Shown in pieces: positions 19,276 through 28,401 of a DNA stretch of 38,840 nucleotides; position 1 is the stretch's first letter; every line of letters begins with the position of its first letter. The stretch covers positions 1 through 38,840 of the forward strand of contig JAMCWJ010000096.1 in the NCBI GenBank assembly GCA_023475105.1, in the 5' to 3' direction. The notes under the pieces are model-generated. The model saw nothing but the letters and a program-made list of their open reading frames with translations, was not told the origin of the DNA and searched no databases. The translations under genes and the position numbers were made by a program. Origin of the DNA: Nitrospirota bacterium (GTDB lineage: Bacteria > Nitrospirota > Thermodesulfovibrionia > Thermodesulfovibrionales > UBA9159).

Positions 19276-20036
19276 TGATGTCGCTGAGTGTGAGAAAGGC
19301 ATTCAGGGTCTGGCAGAGGAATTTCACCGTGTACACCAAGCTCTATCTCTCGAGTCTTGCGCTGAATTTTGTCGAGCCTGTTCTGTATCTTGCCGCACTC
19401 GGTCTCGGCCTAGGCGCCTTTGTGAAAGAGATACACGGTGTGCCGTACATAAACTTTATCGCGCCGGGGATCATCGCATCCTCTTCCATGTTTGCCGCGA
19501 TCTATGAATGCACCTACGGCACCTATGTGAGAATGACCTTTCAAAAGACGTTCGACGCCATACTGGCGACTCCTGTGAACATCAACGACCTCGTGGCGGG
19601 CGAATTGCTGTGGGGAGCGACCAAGAGTGTGCTCTACGGCACGATTATCATGGTCGTGATATCCCTGTTCGGGCTCGTAGATTCCGCTGCGATCGTGCTG
19701 GTCATACCGGTGCTCTTTATAAGCGGGCTCATCTTTTCGGAGATATCCCTTGTCGCGGTCGCGACCGTGCCGGGGATAGACACCTTCAACTATTTTTACA
19801 CGCTCCTGATGACCCCGATGTTCCTCTTTTCAGGCATCTTTTTCCCCCTGGACACGCTGCCTCCCGTTGTCATGAAGATCGCCTTTTTCACCCCCCTCTA
19901 TCATCTTGTGAACATCTGCAGGGCCTTTTCTTCGGGGAATATCGGAGACCCCCTTGACCTCGTATGGCTTGTCGCCGTCGTCGCAATCCTGGCGCCCTAT
20001 CCCTTCAGATTGATGAGAAGGCGGATCATAAAATAA
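19272..20036 (+). CDS. ABC-2 type transporter permease (NodJ/DrrB-like)
   Basis: Six predicted TM helices. ATGA overlap with the ATPase gene. Confidence 0.8.
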   Translation: MMMSLSVRKAFRVWQRNFTVYTKLYLSSLALNFVEPVLYLAALGLGLGAFVKEIHGVPYINFIAPGIIASSSMFAAIYECTYGTYVRMTFQKTFDAILATPVNINDLVAGELLWGATKSVLYGTIIMVVISLFGLVDSAAIVLVIPVLFISGLIFSEISLVAVATVPGIDTFNYFYTLLMTPMFLFSGIFFPLDTLPPVVMKIAFFTPLYHLVNICRAFSSGNIGDPLDLVWLVAVVAILAPYPFRLMRRRIIK

Positions 20037-20140
20037 CGGAAAGGCCGGGGCGGCGGCCTCCTCGTCTGAGCCTCTCTTGACAACCGGGCACTTATGAAAT
20101 ACGCTGAGAGTGACAGACCACAGAGAAAAGGGAGGCCGGC

Positions 20141-20332
20141 ATGTTGTGCACAGTGGCGACTCTCGACGGGGAAAAGCTCAGGACGGTACAGTCCCTCGAA
20201 AAGGAATTGGGGAAGACCCTGCTTGCGTTTTCGTGCAGGGACATAGGCGTCACTCCTCTGAACGATGATGAGATCGCGCGAATAAAGCGGATCGAGGAGC
20301 AGCTGGGGGTCGCCCTGGTCGCCGTGAAATGA
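20141..20332 (+). CDS. small hypothetical protein (63 aa)
   Basis: Strong RBS (GGGAGG 7 nt upstream of ATG). Followed by a hairpin plus T-tract terminator. Non-biased composition. Confidence 0.45.
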   Translation: MLCTVATLDGEKLRTVQSLEKELGKTLLAFSCRDIGVTPLNDDEIARIKRIEEQLGVALVAVK

Positions 20333-20336
20333 CGAC

Positions 20337-20380
20337 CTGAGGAGGAAAGGGGGAAGAGCCTCCCTCAGCGCCTTTTTCTT
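20337..20380 (+). terminator. rho-independent terminator (CTGAGGAGG...CCTCCCTCAG stem followed by CGCCTTTTTCTT)
   Basis: GC-rich inverted repeat with a 13-nt loop, followed by a U-tract on the + strand. Confidence 0.45.
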
Positions 20381-20553
20381 AACCGCAGCAATCGTCCGCA
20401 CCACCTGAGGGCGCGTCTCAATCTTCCGATTTCTTTCGTACCGTACAGTGACGGATAGATGGTGATCTTTCCGTCCTTGGATACCTCGCAGCTTATCTTG
20501 TGTTGTTTCGTTTTCATGAATCAGTGCATCGTCCGGAACGCCTGAGACGGGGA

Positions 20554-20967
20554 TCAGCGCGCGGGGAAACTCTTTCCGGGTCCGGCGGCCCCGGAAACGG
20601 CATCCGATGCGACCCGCTTGAGAATCTCCGGGATCCGCCTGTATTCGGTCACCTTGTCGAGAAGGAAATCCGCCCTTTCCCAGATCCTCTTCTCATACCG
20701 GCAATAGATTTCGCTGGTGAGCAGAATCACCTTCGGAACAGGCGTGAATTTCCTCATGCTCTTGACAAGGTCGATGCCGCATCTCCACTGTGTCTTCATG
20801 TCCAGTATGATCGCATCGGGCTTTCTCTTCCCTATAGTATTCAACGCATCAATCGGGTCTTCCGCTTCGCCGACGACCCGGATCCCCGGAACGGCGAGGA
20901 TGAGTTTTCTGAACCATGTGCGAAAAAAGGGCGACTCATCGATGATGAAAATCCGCAACTTTCTCAT
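20554..20967 (-). CDS. stand-alone response-regulator receiver domain protein (CheY-like)
   Basis: Receiver fold residues IIDESP, AIILDM and LLTSE. No output domain and no adjacent kinase. Confidence 0.7.
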   Translation of the reverse strand: MRKLRIFIIDESPFFRTWFRKLILAVPGIRVVGEAEDPIDALNTIGKRKPDAIILDMKTQWRCGIDLVKSMRKFTPVPKVILLTSEIYCRYEKRIWERADFLLDKVTEYRRIPEILKRVASDAVSGAAGPGKSFPAR

Positions 20968-21090
20968 CTCTCCCCCTTTGTGAGCTCATCCTATCAAACG
21001 AACATTAACTCCCGATTAATTTTTGATTAAATTTACAGAAATTATCTCAAAATCGGTTTGCCCTGAAAGAGCGGTCATGCCTGCGAAGCG

Positions 21091-21119
21091 TTGACTTGAA
21101 CGGCGCGGGCCCGTAATAC
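21091..21119 (+). promoter_or_regulatory. putative sigma70 promoter (TTGACT - 17 nt - TAATAC) for the 21142-24383 operon
   Basis: Hexamers read by eye. GGAGG RBS 8 nt before the ATG at 21142. An upstream AT-rich block carries direct repeats GATTAAT-TTTT-GATTAAA. Confidence 0.35.
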
Positions 21120-21141
21120 TTACAGGCGAAGGAGGGTCTTT

Positions 21142-21636
21142 ATGAGCCTTCACGGGAAGCTTGAAAAGCTCGTGCGTATCGTCCCCGGGATAGCGGGATA
21201 TCAGGACAGGGCGGCAGCAGGCGACACAGACAAGGCTGTCAGACTGAAGCTCGCCTCTGAACTCGAGCAGATCAAACGCGACCTCGAAAAGGTGAAAACT
21301 TCCCTCATGGACCGGAACGACCTTTCCCTTTTGCCCGCTCTTGAACGGGTCGCCTCGAAACTGGACAAGACGGGTAATTTGATCAAATATGCGTCAAGGG
21401 GATACAGCGGCGTCTTCGACACGTTCAGGTTCGATCAGCCGAAACTCGAGAGACTTTACTCCTTTGACCTTGAACTTCTTGATGACGTCGCAGTCCTGAA
21501 ATCCCGGACCCGCGAGATGCGCCGCCTGCGGGATGAGATGCCTGCGCTCAAAGGCAGCGCAGAGAAGATCGGGAAAGAGGTCGATGCATTAGAGAAGAAA
21601 TTCCTCGGAAGACAAGCTGTCGTGACTGAAGGATAG
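21142..21636 (+). CDS. hypothetical protein, predicted mostly helical (164 aa), first gene of the SPFH/zinc-ribbon operon
   Basis: Good RBS and charged helical composition. No recognised domain. Not obviously PspA. Confidence 0.5.
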   Translation: MSLHGKLEKLVRIVPGIAGYQDRAAAGDTDKAVRLKLASELEQIKRDLEKVKTSLMDRNDLSLLPALERVASKLDKTGNLIKYASRGYSGVFDTFRFDQPKLERLYSFDLELLDDVAVLKSRTREMRRLRDEMPALKGSAEKIGKEVDALEKKFLGRQAVVTEG

Positions 21637-21645
21637 GAGAGAGAA

Positions 21646-22791
21646 ATGACGCAATTCATGGAAGTCGTCGAGTGGTTCGACAAAACAGGCCAGGAAGTTG
21701 TGCACCGCTATCCCGAAGAGGGCTCCGGAGAGATAAAGTTCGGCGCGCAGGTTGTAGTAAGAGAAAACCAGGCGGCGGTTTTCTTCAGGGACGGAAAGGG
21801 GATGGACGTCCTCGGACCGGGAAGGCATACCCTCTCGACACAGAACCTGCCGATCCTGACCAAGGTCCTCTCGCTGCCCTGGGGGTTCAAGAGCCCGTTC
21901 AGATGCGAGATCTATTTCGTCAATCTGAAGGTCTTTACCAACATGCGATGGGGGACAAAGGACCCCGTCGCCTTCAAAGACGAGCAATTCGGTCTTATCC
22001 GTCTGAGGGCCTTCGGCACCTTCACCATGCAGGTGACGCAGCCCCTCCTCTTTCTCAATACCCTTGTCGGGACTCAGGGAAGCTTCGAGACGGCGAACGT
22101 CGAAGACTATCTGAGGGAGATCATCGTGTCGAGACTGAACGACTTCCTCGGAGAGGCCGTCGACACGCTCGTCAATCTTCCGAAATACTATGACGAGATG
22201 GCGGTGGCGGTGAAGACGCGCCTCATGGAGGACTTCAGAAAATACGGGATGGAGATGAACGATTTTTACATCAACCGGATCACCCCTCCCGAGGAAGTTC
22301 AGAAAATGATAGACGAACGCTCGGGGATGGCGGCTGTCGGTGATCTCGACAGCTTCCTGAAGTATAAGGCGGCAAAGGCGATGGGCGATGCGGCGGTCTC
22401 CGGGGGAGAGGGTACAGGGGGGGGCGCGGCCGCGGGCATGGGCCTCGGCATCGGCGCGGGCATGGGCATGATGATTCCCGGAATGCTCTTTAAGGTCCTC
22501 GGAAACGGTCAGATCACCCCGGAGAAGATCGCGGAAAAGGGGCTTGTGAATTGCCCTGCGTGCCACGGCGACGTGCCGCTCAGCAGCCGGTTCTGTCCCC
22601 ACTGCGGCCACCAGCTTGTCGTGATCGCGAAATGTCCCCGGTGCAGCAAAGACCTCGCGGTTGGAGACAGATTCTGTCCTTCCTGCGGACTTGATCTCAG
22701 CGCCGAACTCCGCTGCGGCAAATGCAGCGCCAAACTCCCGCCGGGCACAAGGTTTTGCTTTAATTGCGGGGAAAAGGCATCGGGAGAATGA
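21646..22791 (+). CDS. SPFH/band-7 family protein of the YdjI-like ('virion core protein-like') type with three C-terminal zinc ribbons
   Basis: N-terminal EVVEWFD...AAVFFRDG...RAFGTFTMQV resembles Bacillus YdjI-type SPFH proteins as recalled. Gly/Met-rich linker. Three CxxC-x(9-12)-CxxC ribbons: CPACHGD..CPHCGH, CPRCSKD..CPSCG, CGKCSAK..CFNCG. Confidence 0.6.
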   Translation: MTQFMEVVEWFDKTGQEVVHRYPEEGSGEIKFGAQVVVRENQAAVFFRDGKGMDVLGPGRHTLSTQNLPILTKVLSLPWGFKSPFRCEIYFVNLKVFTNMRWGTKDPVAFKDEQFGLIRLRAFGTFTMQVTQPLLFLNTLVGTQGSFETANVEDYLREIIVSRLNDFLGEAVDTLVNLPKYYDEMAVAVKTRLMEDFRKYGMEMNDFYINRITPPEEVQKMIDERSGMAAVGDLDSFLKYKAAKAMGDAAVSGGEGTGGGAAAGMGLGIGAGMGMMIPGMLFKVLGNGQITPEKIAEKGLVNCPACHGDVPLSSRFCPHCGHQLVVIAKCPRCSKDLAVGDRFCPSCGLDLSAELRCGKCSAKLPPGTRFCFNCGEKASGE

Positions 22792-22835
22792 CTGCGCACG
22801 GCGCGCCCGGGCCGGCAGTTTAAGGGACCCGCCCC

Positions 22836-24383
22836 GTGAACCGCCTCGTCGTTACAACGGAATGTCCTTCCTGCGGCGCGCCCCTCGATTTTTCCGAGGG
22901 GACAAACGCGCTCACCTGCGGGCACTGCAGATCGAACCTCCTCGTCACCGGGAAGGGACAGCTGCTGAGCTATTACATATCTCCCTCGCTCGGTGAACGT
23001 ATTGCGATCGCCAGGGCCACGATGGCCCAAAGGAACAGGGGCAGGACGGAACTCAGGGGGGTCCGCGCAAATCTGTATTTCATTCCCTACTACCGGATGA
23101 CGGGCCAGGACTTCAACTGGGAGGAGGCCCCGCCGGAGCCGGCGAGGGAGGTGAGCGGGGAAGACCTCGATTACGGGACATACGGAGAAATGACGTGGAG
23201 GCTGGGTCCGGAGGATATTTCTTCGCTCTGGGGCGCAGCCAAGGACTTCTTCGGACTGATTTCCGGCATGGCTGGAGGAAAGGGGAGAGAGAAGGAACAA
23301 GGAAGGGAGACCCCGATGCGCACGCCGCCGGAGGCGGTAGCCCCGGGACGTCCGGGGGATACCGCCCCGCCCAGGCAAAGGGAGGTCGCTCCGGCGAGGT
23401 CTTCCCTTTACGAGAGAAAGAAAGTCCTTCTCAATGACAGGTACATCGAAAAAAACTTTCTCGCCTGTGATCTCCACGGTATCGGAATATACTCGCTCGG
23501 CATAAGGCCTGCCGTGCTCAGGCTCGAACTCCTTCGCAGGGAAAAGGTCGGTTCTCTCGGGCGCATCGTGAAACCGACACTCGGGCCTGAGGCAGGTGAA
23601 GAAGTCGGGGAAATGGCGGCGCCGGATGCGTCCTTTCTCTCGCGACAGATCATCGGAAAGGTGTTTTCCCTCATCTATTTCCCCTTCTGGATCGTAGAGA
23701 TGGAATCAAGGGGGGAGACGCTCATTACGGTGATCGACGCAGTTTCCGGGGCTGTTGTCCGGGCTGACCTCCCTGCTTTTATCTATCGGACGCTCGACCG
23801 GGCCCTTGAAGAGGAGCCGATGACAATCGGGTTTCGCCCCCTCGTCTGTCCCAACTGCGGCTGGGACTTTCCGGTGAGGTCGGAAGACTCGATCTTTCCC
23901 TGCGCCACATGCAGAAAGGCATGGCAGATACGCGGAAACGGGCTGATCGAGATCGGATACCGGGTCGCCGCCGCACCCGGGAACGACAGCCCGGAGCAAC
24001 TCACCTACCTTCCTTTCTGGGTTGTGGATGCCCTTCCGGAGCAGGGGCGCACCTTTCGGTTTTTCATCCCCGCGTTCCGCTACCGCAGACTGAAATTCCT
24101 CCTGGACCTCGCACTCGTCACATCGAGACTCTGCCCTCCCTATGCGCTCGGGAAAGCCTGCGGGGAATTGTCAGGCGTCTACTATGACCTTGAAGACGCC
24201 GCACGCCTCGCACAATTCGTCAGGACTGCGCTGATTGCGGCAACCATACGGGATTTCAGGTTCGGTCCGCAGGGCTTGAGCGTCACGGGCGCAACCCTGA
24301 CGTGGTTCCCTTTCAGAAAAGAAAAGGGATACCTTGTCGCCCCCTTCGGCTACATCTCGATCCCGGCGAACCTGCTCCTCTGA
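22836..24383 (+). CDS. duplicated zinc-ribbon domain protein (YdjG-like?)
   Basis: Two internal repeats, each opening with a zinc ribbon (CPSCGAPLDF..CGHCRSNL and CPNCGWDFPV..CATCRKAW) followed by a conserved YFPFW/YLPFW segment. Co-oriented 45 nt downstream of the SPFH gene. Confidence 0.55.
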   Translation: MNRLVVTTECPSCGAPLDFSEGTNALTCGHCRSNLLVTGKGQLLSYYISPSLGERIAIARATMAQRNRGRTELRGVRANLYFIPYYRMTGQDFNWEEAPPEPAREVSGEDLDYGTYGEMTWRLGPEDISSLWGAAKDFFGLISGMAGGKGREKEQGRETPMRTPPEAVAPGRPGDTAPPRQREVAPARSSLYERKKVLLNDRYIEKNFLACDLHGIGIYSLGIRPAVLRLELLRREKVGSLGRIVKPTLGPEAGEEVGEMAAPDASFLSRQIIGKVFSLIYFPFWIVEMESRGETLITVIDAVSGAVVRADLPAFIYRTLDRALEEEPMTIGFRPLVCPNCGWDFPVRSEDSIFPCATCRKAWQIRGNGLIEIGYRVAAAPGNDSPEQLTYLPFWVVDALPEQGRTFRFFIPAFRYRRLKFLLDLALVTSRLCPPYALGKACGELSGVYYDLEDAARLAQFVRTALIAATIRDFRFGPQGLSVTGATLTWFPFRKEKGYLVAPFGYISIPANLLL

Positions 24384-24568
24384 CCCGGATGCAAGCAACG
24401 CGGGGAAAAACGCTCCCAATTTGCCGCTGAATCCGGAGATCCGGAGCTGCGACGGACCGAGAGTGAGCGGCGGTGCTGTCCTCATGCAAATATCTTCCTG
24501 AGAGCAGGTCGGGACACTCTCTTGTCTTTTCTTTTTCCGGCCGTTTATCCTAGAGACAGGTAGTCTTC

Positions 24569-25630
24569 GTGGATACGAATGTTCTCAGGGAACAGATCAA
24601 ACTGAACTGCACCATATCGGATGCGCGTTTCTGGGGATACTATTCCATATGCGGCCTCCTCATGAGGCTGAGGGAGCTTTACAGAAACGAAAAGTCTCTC
24701 ATGCCCTGGGACGGGATACGGAAAGAAGAGATGTCGGAATGGATCGCCTCCCGGGAATCACAGTGGAAAGCCCTCGAAAACGAAGACCTCCGTCCCCTCG
24801 AGATTCAGGGAAAGGTTTACGACCCGTTCGAAGTCGACGGTCTGAATGCGCTCCTCAGCAGTCACGGCATGGTCTACGGCGGGGGATACGGCAGGTTCAA
24901 CAAGCCGACGTTTTTCCTCGCCCGTCTCGAAGGGAAACGGGAATACTACGATTATCTCATCCACTATACGGGAAGGGAGTTCAGCAGGGACCTTTCGACC
25001 TCTGTGGCGATGCTCCAGGGCAGATGTATATTCATGAGACTCGAACCGCTGAGCGCCCTGCTCTGGGACAAGTTTCAGGAGTTGCGCAGCAGGAAATTCA
25101 GGGGCGCGCTGGGTGACGCGTTTTCGTCGAGGGGGATTGACGGGTCTCTGCCGCCGAAAGAAGTCTACGGCAGGATCGTCGCGCTTTCCCGGCAGGTCTC
25201 GGAACTCTTCGTCCGTCACGAGATCGGCGAGGCCTTTGAAGATGAGGAAGCGGATGCATGGCTCGGGATCCTCTCCCAGAACGCCGACAGGGCGACCGAA
25301 TTCTATCTGAGAGGGATAAAGGACGTGCTTGCGGATAGTTCCGTCATGGGTCCTCTCAGGGATATCATCGAGAGGAGAGAAAGGTCGGAGATGAGTTTCT
25401 ACATGGTCTTTCTCGACGGAATCAGAAAGTCGCTCTTCCCGGAAATCATGACCGCCTTCCAGGTTTTTACAGAGGGGGGGAACTGGTCCGTGCTCGAAGA
25501 AGCGCGGAGTCGCGGATACGCAAGGACACATGCCCTTCGCAAAGAGGTCGTCGGCTTATGGAAGGAAGGGAAGGCGGAGAAGATCGGGCCCCTGATTCAG
25601 GAGCGTGTGAAGTCCTCTCCCGTCCGTTAG
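24569..25630 (+). CDS. conserved hypothetical protein (353 aa), GTG start
   Basis: Long ORF with ordinary amino-acid composition. The antisense ORF 24758..25531 is Arg/Pro-rich and judged spurious. Confidence 0.5.
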   Translation: MDTNVLREQIKLNCTISDARFWGYYSICGLLMRLRELYRNEKSLMPWDGIRKEEMSEWIASRESQWKALENEDLRPLEIQGKVYDPFEVDGLNALLSSHGMVYGGGYGRFNKPTFFLARLEGKREYYDYLIHYTGREFSRDLSTSVAMLQGRCIFMRLEPLSALLWDKFQELRSRKFRGALGDAFSSRGIDGSLPPKEVYGRIVALSRQVSELFVRHEIGEAFEDEEADAWLGILSQNADRATEFYLRGIKDVLADSSVMGPLRDIIERRERSEMSFYMVFLDGIRKSLFPEIMTAFQVFTEGGNWSVLEEARSRGYARTHALRKEVVGLWKEGKAEKIGPLIQERVKSSPVR

Positions 25631-25956
25631 GCATCCGTTGTTTCGGCGGGACAGAGACCCCGGGCTCATTCTCGCTCCGCTCCGAAGAGGTAATCGATAT
25701 TGCAGACGGCGGGCAGCGCGTCCCTCAAATCCTTTTAAGGCAATAGGATCTGCTGAGGGCATGGCGTCGGGTATACAGGACTTCACCGGATAGTATTTTC
25801 CCGCCCTCGTAAGATCTGCGTGGCTTCCGATGCCGTGAGGAATCGCGACCAAAAGGCTTCTCGATCTACTCCGCCCGCCAGGGGCTCCGTCCCGCCTGCT
25901 GCCGATCTCCATGGACGCTTGCATATTGGCCCGCCAAATACTAAAATCATACGACC

Positions 25957-27309
25957 ATGAAAATACTCAAACATCCAAACGAGACGAGGGAATTTCTCTC
26001 CCTTCTGAGGAAAAGGGCTTCGGGCGGGACGCGCGAGGTCGAGGCGGCAGTAAAAAAGATCCTTTCCGATGTCAGGGAAAAAGGCGACGAAGCGGTTCTC
26101 CGGTATACGGAAAAGTTCGACTCCCTGAAGGTGAAGGATATACGCGTACCGCATGCGGAGATAACGAAACATGCGAATAAGGCGGACCGGAAGATCGTCA
26201 GGGCACTTGAGAAGGCCGCAAAGAGAATCCGTTCCTTCCACGAAATGCAGAGGGAAGGGTCCTGGGCGGTTACGGAACCCGGATACGAGGAGTGTGATGC
26301 CGGAAAATTCCGTGAAACGGCAGCGGGCCGGCAGCGGAGACGGACCTCTCTTCATGCGCTTCTCGGCCAGATCGTGCGTCCTTTGGAAAGGGTCGGTGTG
26401 TACGTTCCCGGGGGCAAGGCATCATACCCTTCGACCGCGCTCATGAACGTGATACCCGCGCAGGTGGCGGGGGTTGAAGAGATCGTTCTTTGCGTGCCGA
26501 CGCCGAACAACGAGGTGAACCCTTATGTCATGGCCGCGGTGAAGATGCTCGGTTTGCGGGAGGTATACAGGATCGGCGGTGCCCAGGCAGTCGGGGCGAT
26601 GGCTTACGGCACCCGGTCGCTCAAGAAGGTGGATAAGATCGTCGGCCCGGGAAACATCTACGTTGCGACCGCAAAGAGGCTCGTCTTCGGCGAAGTCGGC
26701 ATAGACATGATCGCAGGGCCGAGCGAAGTCCTGATCATTGCCGACAAGGCCGCCGCCCCGGCCTTTATCGCCGCCGACCTCCTTAGCCAGGCCGAACATG
26801 ACGAGCTCGCCTCTTCCATTCTTATCACCAACTCGCGGACTCTCGCAGAAAAGGTCCTGGCGGAGCTGAAGAGCCGTCTTGCGCAATTGAAGAGAAAAGC
26901 GATAGCGGAACGGTCTCTGCAGAATTACGGCGCGCTCCTGCTCACGCGTGACATACGGGCTGCGGTCCGGCTTGCGAACGAGATTGCGCCCGAGCACCTC
27001 GAACTCATGACGGGAAACCCCTTCGAGCTCCTTCCAGGGATACGGAATGCAGGGGCCATCTTCGTCGGGCCGTGGACACCCGAACCGTTGGGTGATTATG
27101 TCGCAGGGCCGAACCACACCCTCCCCACGGGCGGCACGGCGCGCTTTTCCTCGCCCCTCGGGGTGTATGACTTCGTGAAGCGCTCCAGCCTCCTCAGTTT
27201 TTCGGAAGAGGGCTTCCGGAGGCTCGCGAAAACAGTGATAACCTTGTCAGAGATCGAGGGATTAACTGCACATGGCAATACGATGAGGGTGAGGCTTCAC
27301 AAGCGATAG
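25957..27309 (+). CDS. hisD: histidinol dehydrogenase
   Basis: Conserved HisD blocks RVGVYVPGG, IGGAQAVGAMAYGT, IAGPSEVLIIAD, SQAEHD and PEHLEL. Contains an unusual ~25-aa Arg-rich insertion (see findings). Confidence 0.9.
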   Translation: MKILKHPNETREFLSLLRKRASGGTREVEAAVKKILSDVREKGDEAVLRYTEKFDSLKVKDIRVPHAEITKHANKADRKIVRALEKAAKRIRSFHEMQREGSWAVTEPGYEECDAGKFRETAAGRQRRRTSLHALLGQIVRPLERVGVYVPGGKASYPSTALMNVIPAQVAGVEEIVLCVPTPNNEVNPYVMAAVKMLGLREVYRIGGAQAVGAMAYGTRSLKKVDKIVGPGNIYVATAKRLVFGEVGIDMIAGPSEVLIIADKAAAPAFIAADLLSQAEHDELASSILITNSRTLAEKVLAELKSRLAQLKRKAIAERSLQNYGALLLTRDIRAAVRLANEIAPEHLELMTGNPFELLPGIRNAGAIFVGPWTPEPLGDYVAGPNHTLPTGGTARFSSPLGVYDFVKRSSLLSFSEEGFRRLAKTVITLSEIEGLTAHGNTMRVRLHKR

Positions 27310-27342
27310 CCGAATCATGAACACTGCAGCGCAGGAGAACTG

Positions 27343-28392
27343 ATGAAAAAGGTAGATATCAGGAAGTTGGTGAAGCCCTCCGTGCGCACGCTCCGCGCTT
27401 ACGAGGCAAAAGAGATCCCCTGCCGGGTCAAGCTCGATGCAAATGAAAGCCCCTATGCGTGGGATCCCGCGAAATTTGCGGGTGTTTCCTCGGGAATAAA
27501 GACAAACCGTTATCCCGACCCCGAGGCAAAGCAGCTGAGGAGGATTGTCGGAAAGCGGTTCGATGTTTCCCCTGAGAGCGTCCTCCCCGGCAACGGCTCG
27601 GACGAACTTATCTATTACCTCATCACCGCCTTCGGCGGACCCGTCCTCTACCCCGTCCCTACCTTCTCGATGTACGGCATCATCTCTCAAGCGCTCGGGG
27701 AGCGGGGCATCGCTGTTCCCCTGGACGAGGATTTCGATCTCCCGCTCGAAAAAATGCTGCGTGCGACGAGGAAGGAAAAACCGAAGCTCATCTTCCTGAG
27801 CTCTCCCAACAACCCAACGGGGAATTGTTTTTCCGCCGACAGGATCATGAAGATCATCGAAAAATCGAACGGCATCGTTGTGGTGGATGAGGCATACCAG
27901 CCCTTTTCGAGCGCAAAAGGGTTCCTGCCGTTGCTGGAAGACTACCGGAACCTCGTGATCATGCGGACGCTGAGCAAGATCGGGCTCGCGGCGCTTCGCC
28001 TCGGTTTTCTGGTCGCTTCGCCTGAATTGCTTGCCGAGGTGAACAAGGTCCGGCTTCCGTTCAACGTCAATTCATTCTCCCAGGCGATGGCCGCGACCGT
28101 CCTTGGGGACCCGAAGAGGCTGACCGCCTCGGTACGGGCGGTCGTGTCCGAAAGAGGGCGGCTCCTGGAAGAGATGAAAAAGACAGAGGGTGTCACCCCT
28201 TTCCCGTCAGAGGCAAATTTCATACTCTTTCGGGTGAAGAACGCCGGGGAGCTTTATCAGGCGCTCCTCAAGAAGGGCATTCTCGTGAGGAACATGGAAG
28301 ACGGGATACGGGGATGCCTCAGGGTTACGGTCGGAACGCCCCGGGAAAACAGCGCCTTTCTGAAGGTACTGAGAAGCGCCCTGGAGCGATGA
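27343..28392 (+). CDS. hisC: histidinol-phosphate aminotransferase
   Basis: Class-II aminotransferase. NRYPDP motif. PLP-lysine block RTLSKIGLAALRLGF. Adjacent to hisD. Confidence 0.9.
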   Translation: MKKVDIRKLVKPSVRTLRAYEAKEIPCRVKLDANESPYAWDPAKFAGVSSGIKTNRYPDPEAKQLRRIVGKRFDVSPESVLPGNGSDELIYYLITAFGGPVLYPVPTFSMYGIISQALGERGIAVPLDEDFDLPLEKMLRATRKEKPKLIFLSSPNNPTGNCFSADRIMKIIEKSNGIVVVDEAYQPFSSAKGFLPLLEDYRNLVIMRTLSKIGLAALRLGFLVASPELLAEVNKVRLPFNVNSFSQAMAATVLGDPKRLTASVRAVVSERGRLLEEMKKTEGVTPFPSEANFILFRVKNAGELYQALLKKGILVRNMEDGIRGCLRVTVGTPRENSAFLKVLRSALER

Positions 28393-28401
28393 AGGGCTGC
28401 A

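Noticed and set aside
21142-21636. PspA/IM30 identity for the first gene of the SPFH operon
   Set aside because: Helical and charged, but it lacks the characteristic PspA N-terminal amphipathic helix and length (~220 aa). Left as hypothetical.
21589-23477. Two long minus-strand ORFs (340 aa and 322 aa)
   Set aside because: They overlap the SPFH and zinc-ribbon genes on the opposite strand. Arg/His/Pro-rich, no domains. Typical shadow ORFs in high-GC DNA.
24758-25531. 257-aa minus-strand ORF
   Set aside because: Antisense to the 353-aa + strand ORF, which has more protein-like composition.
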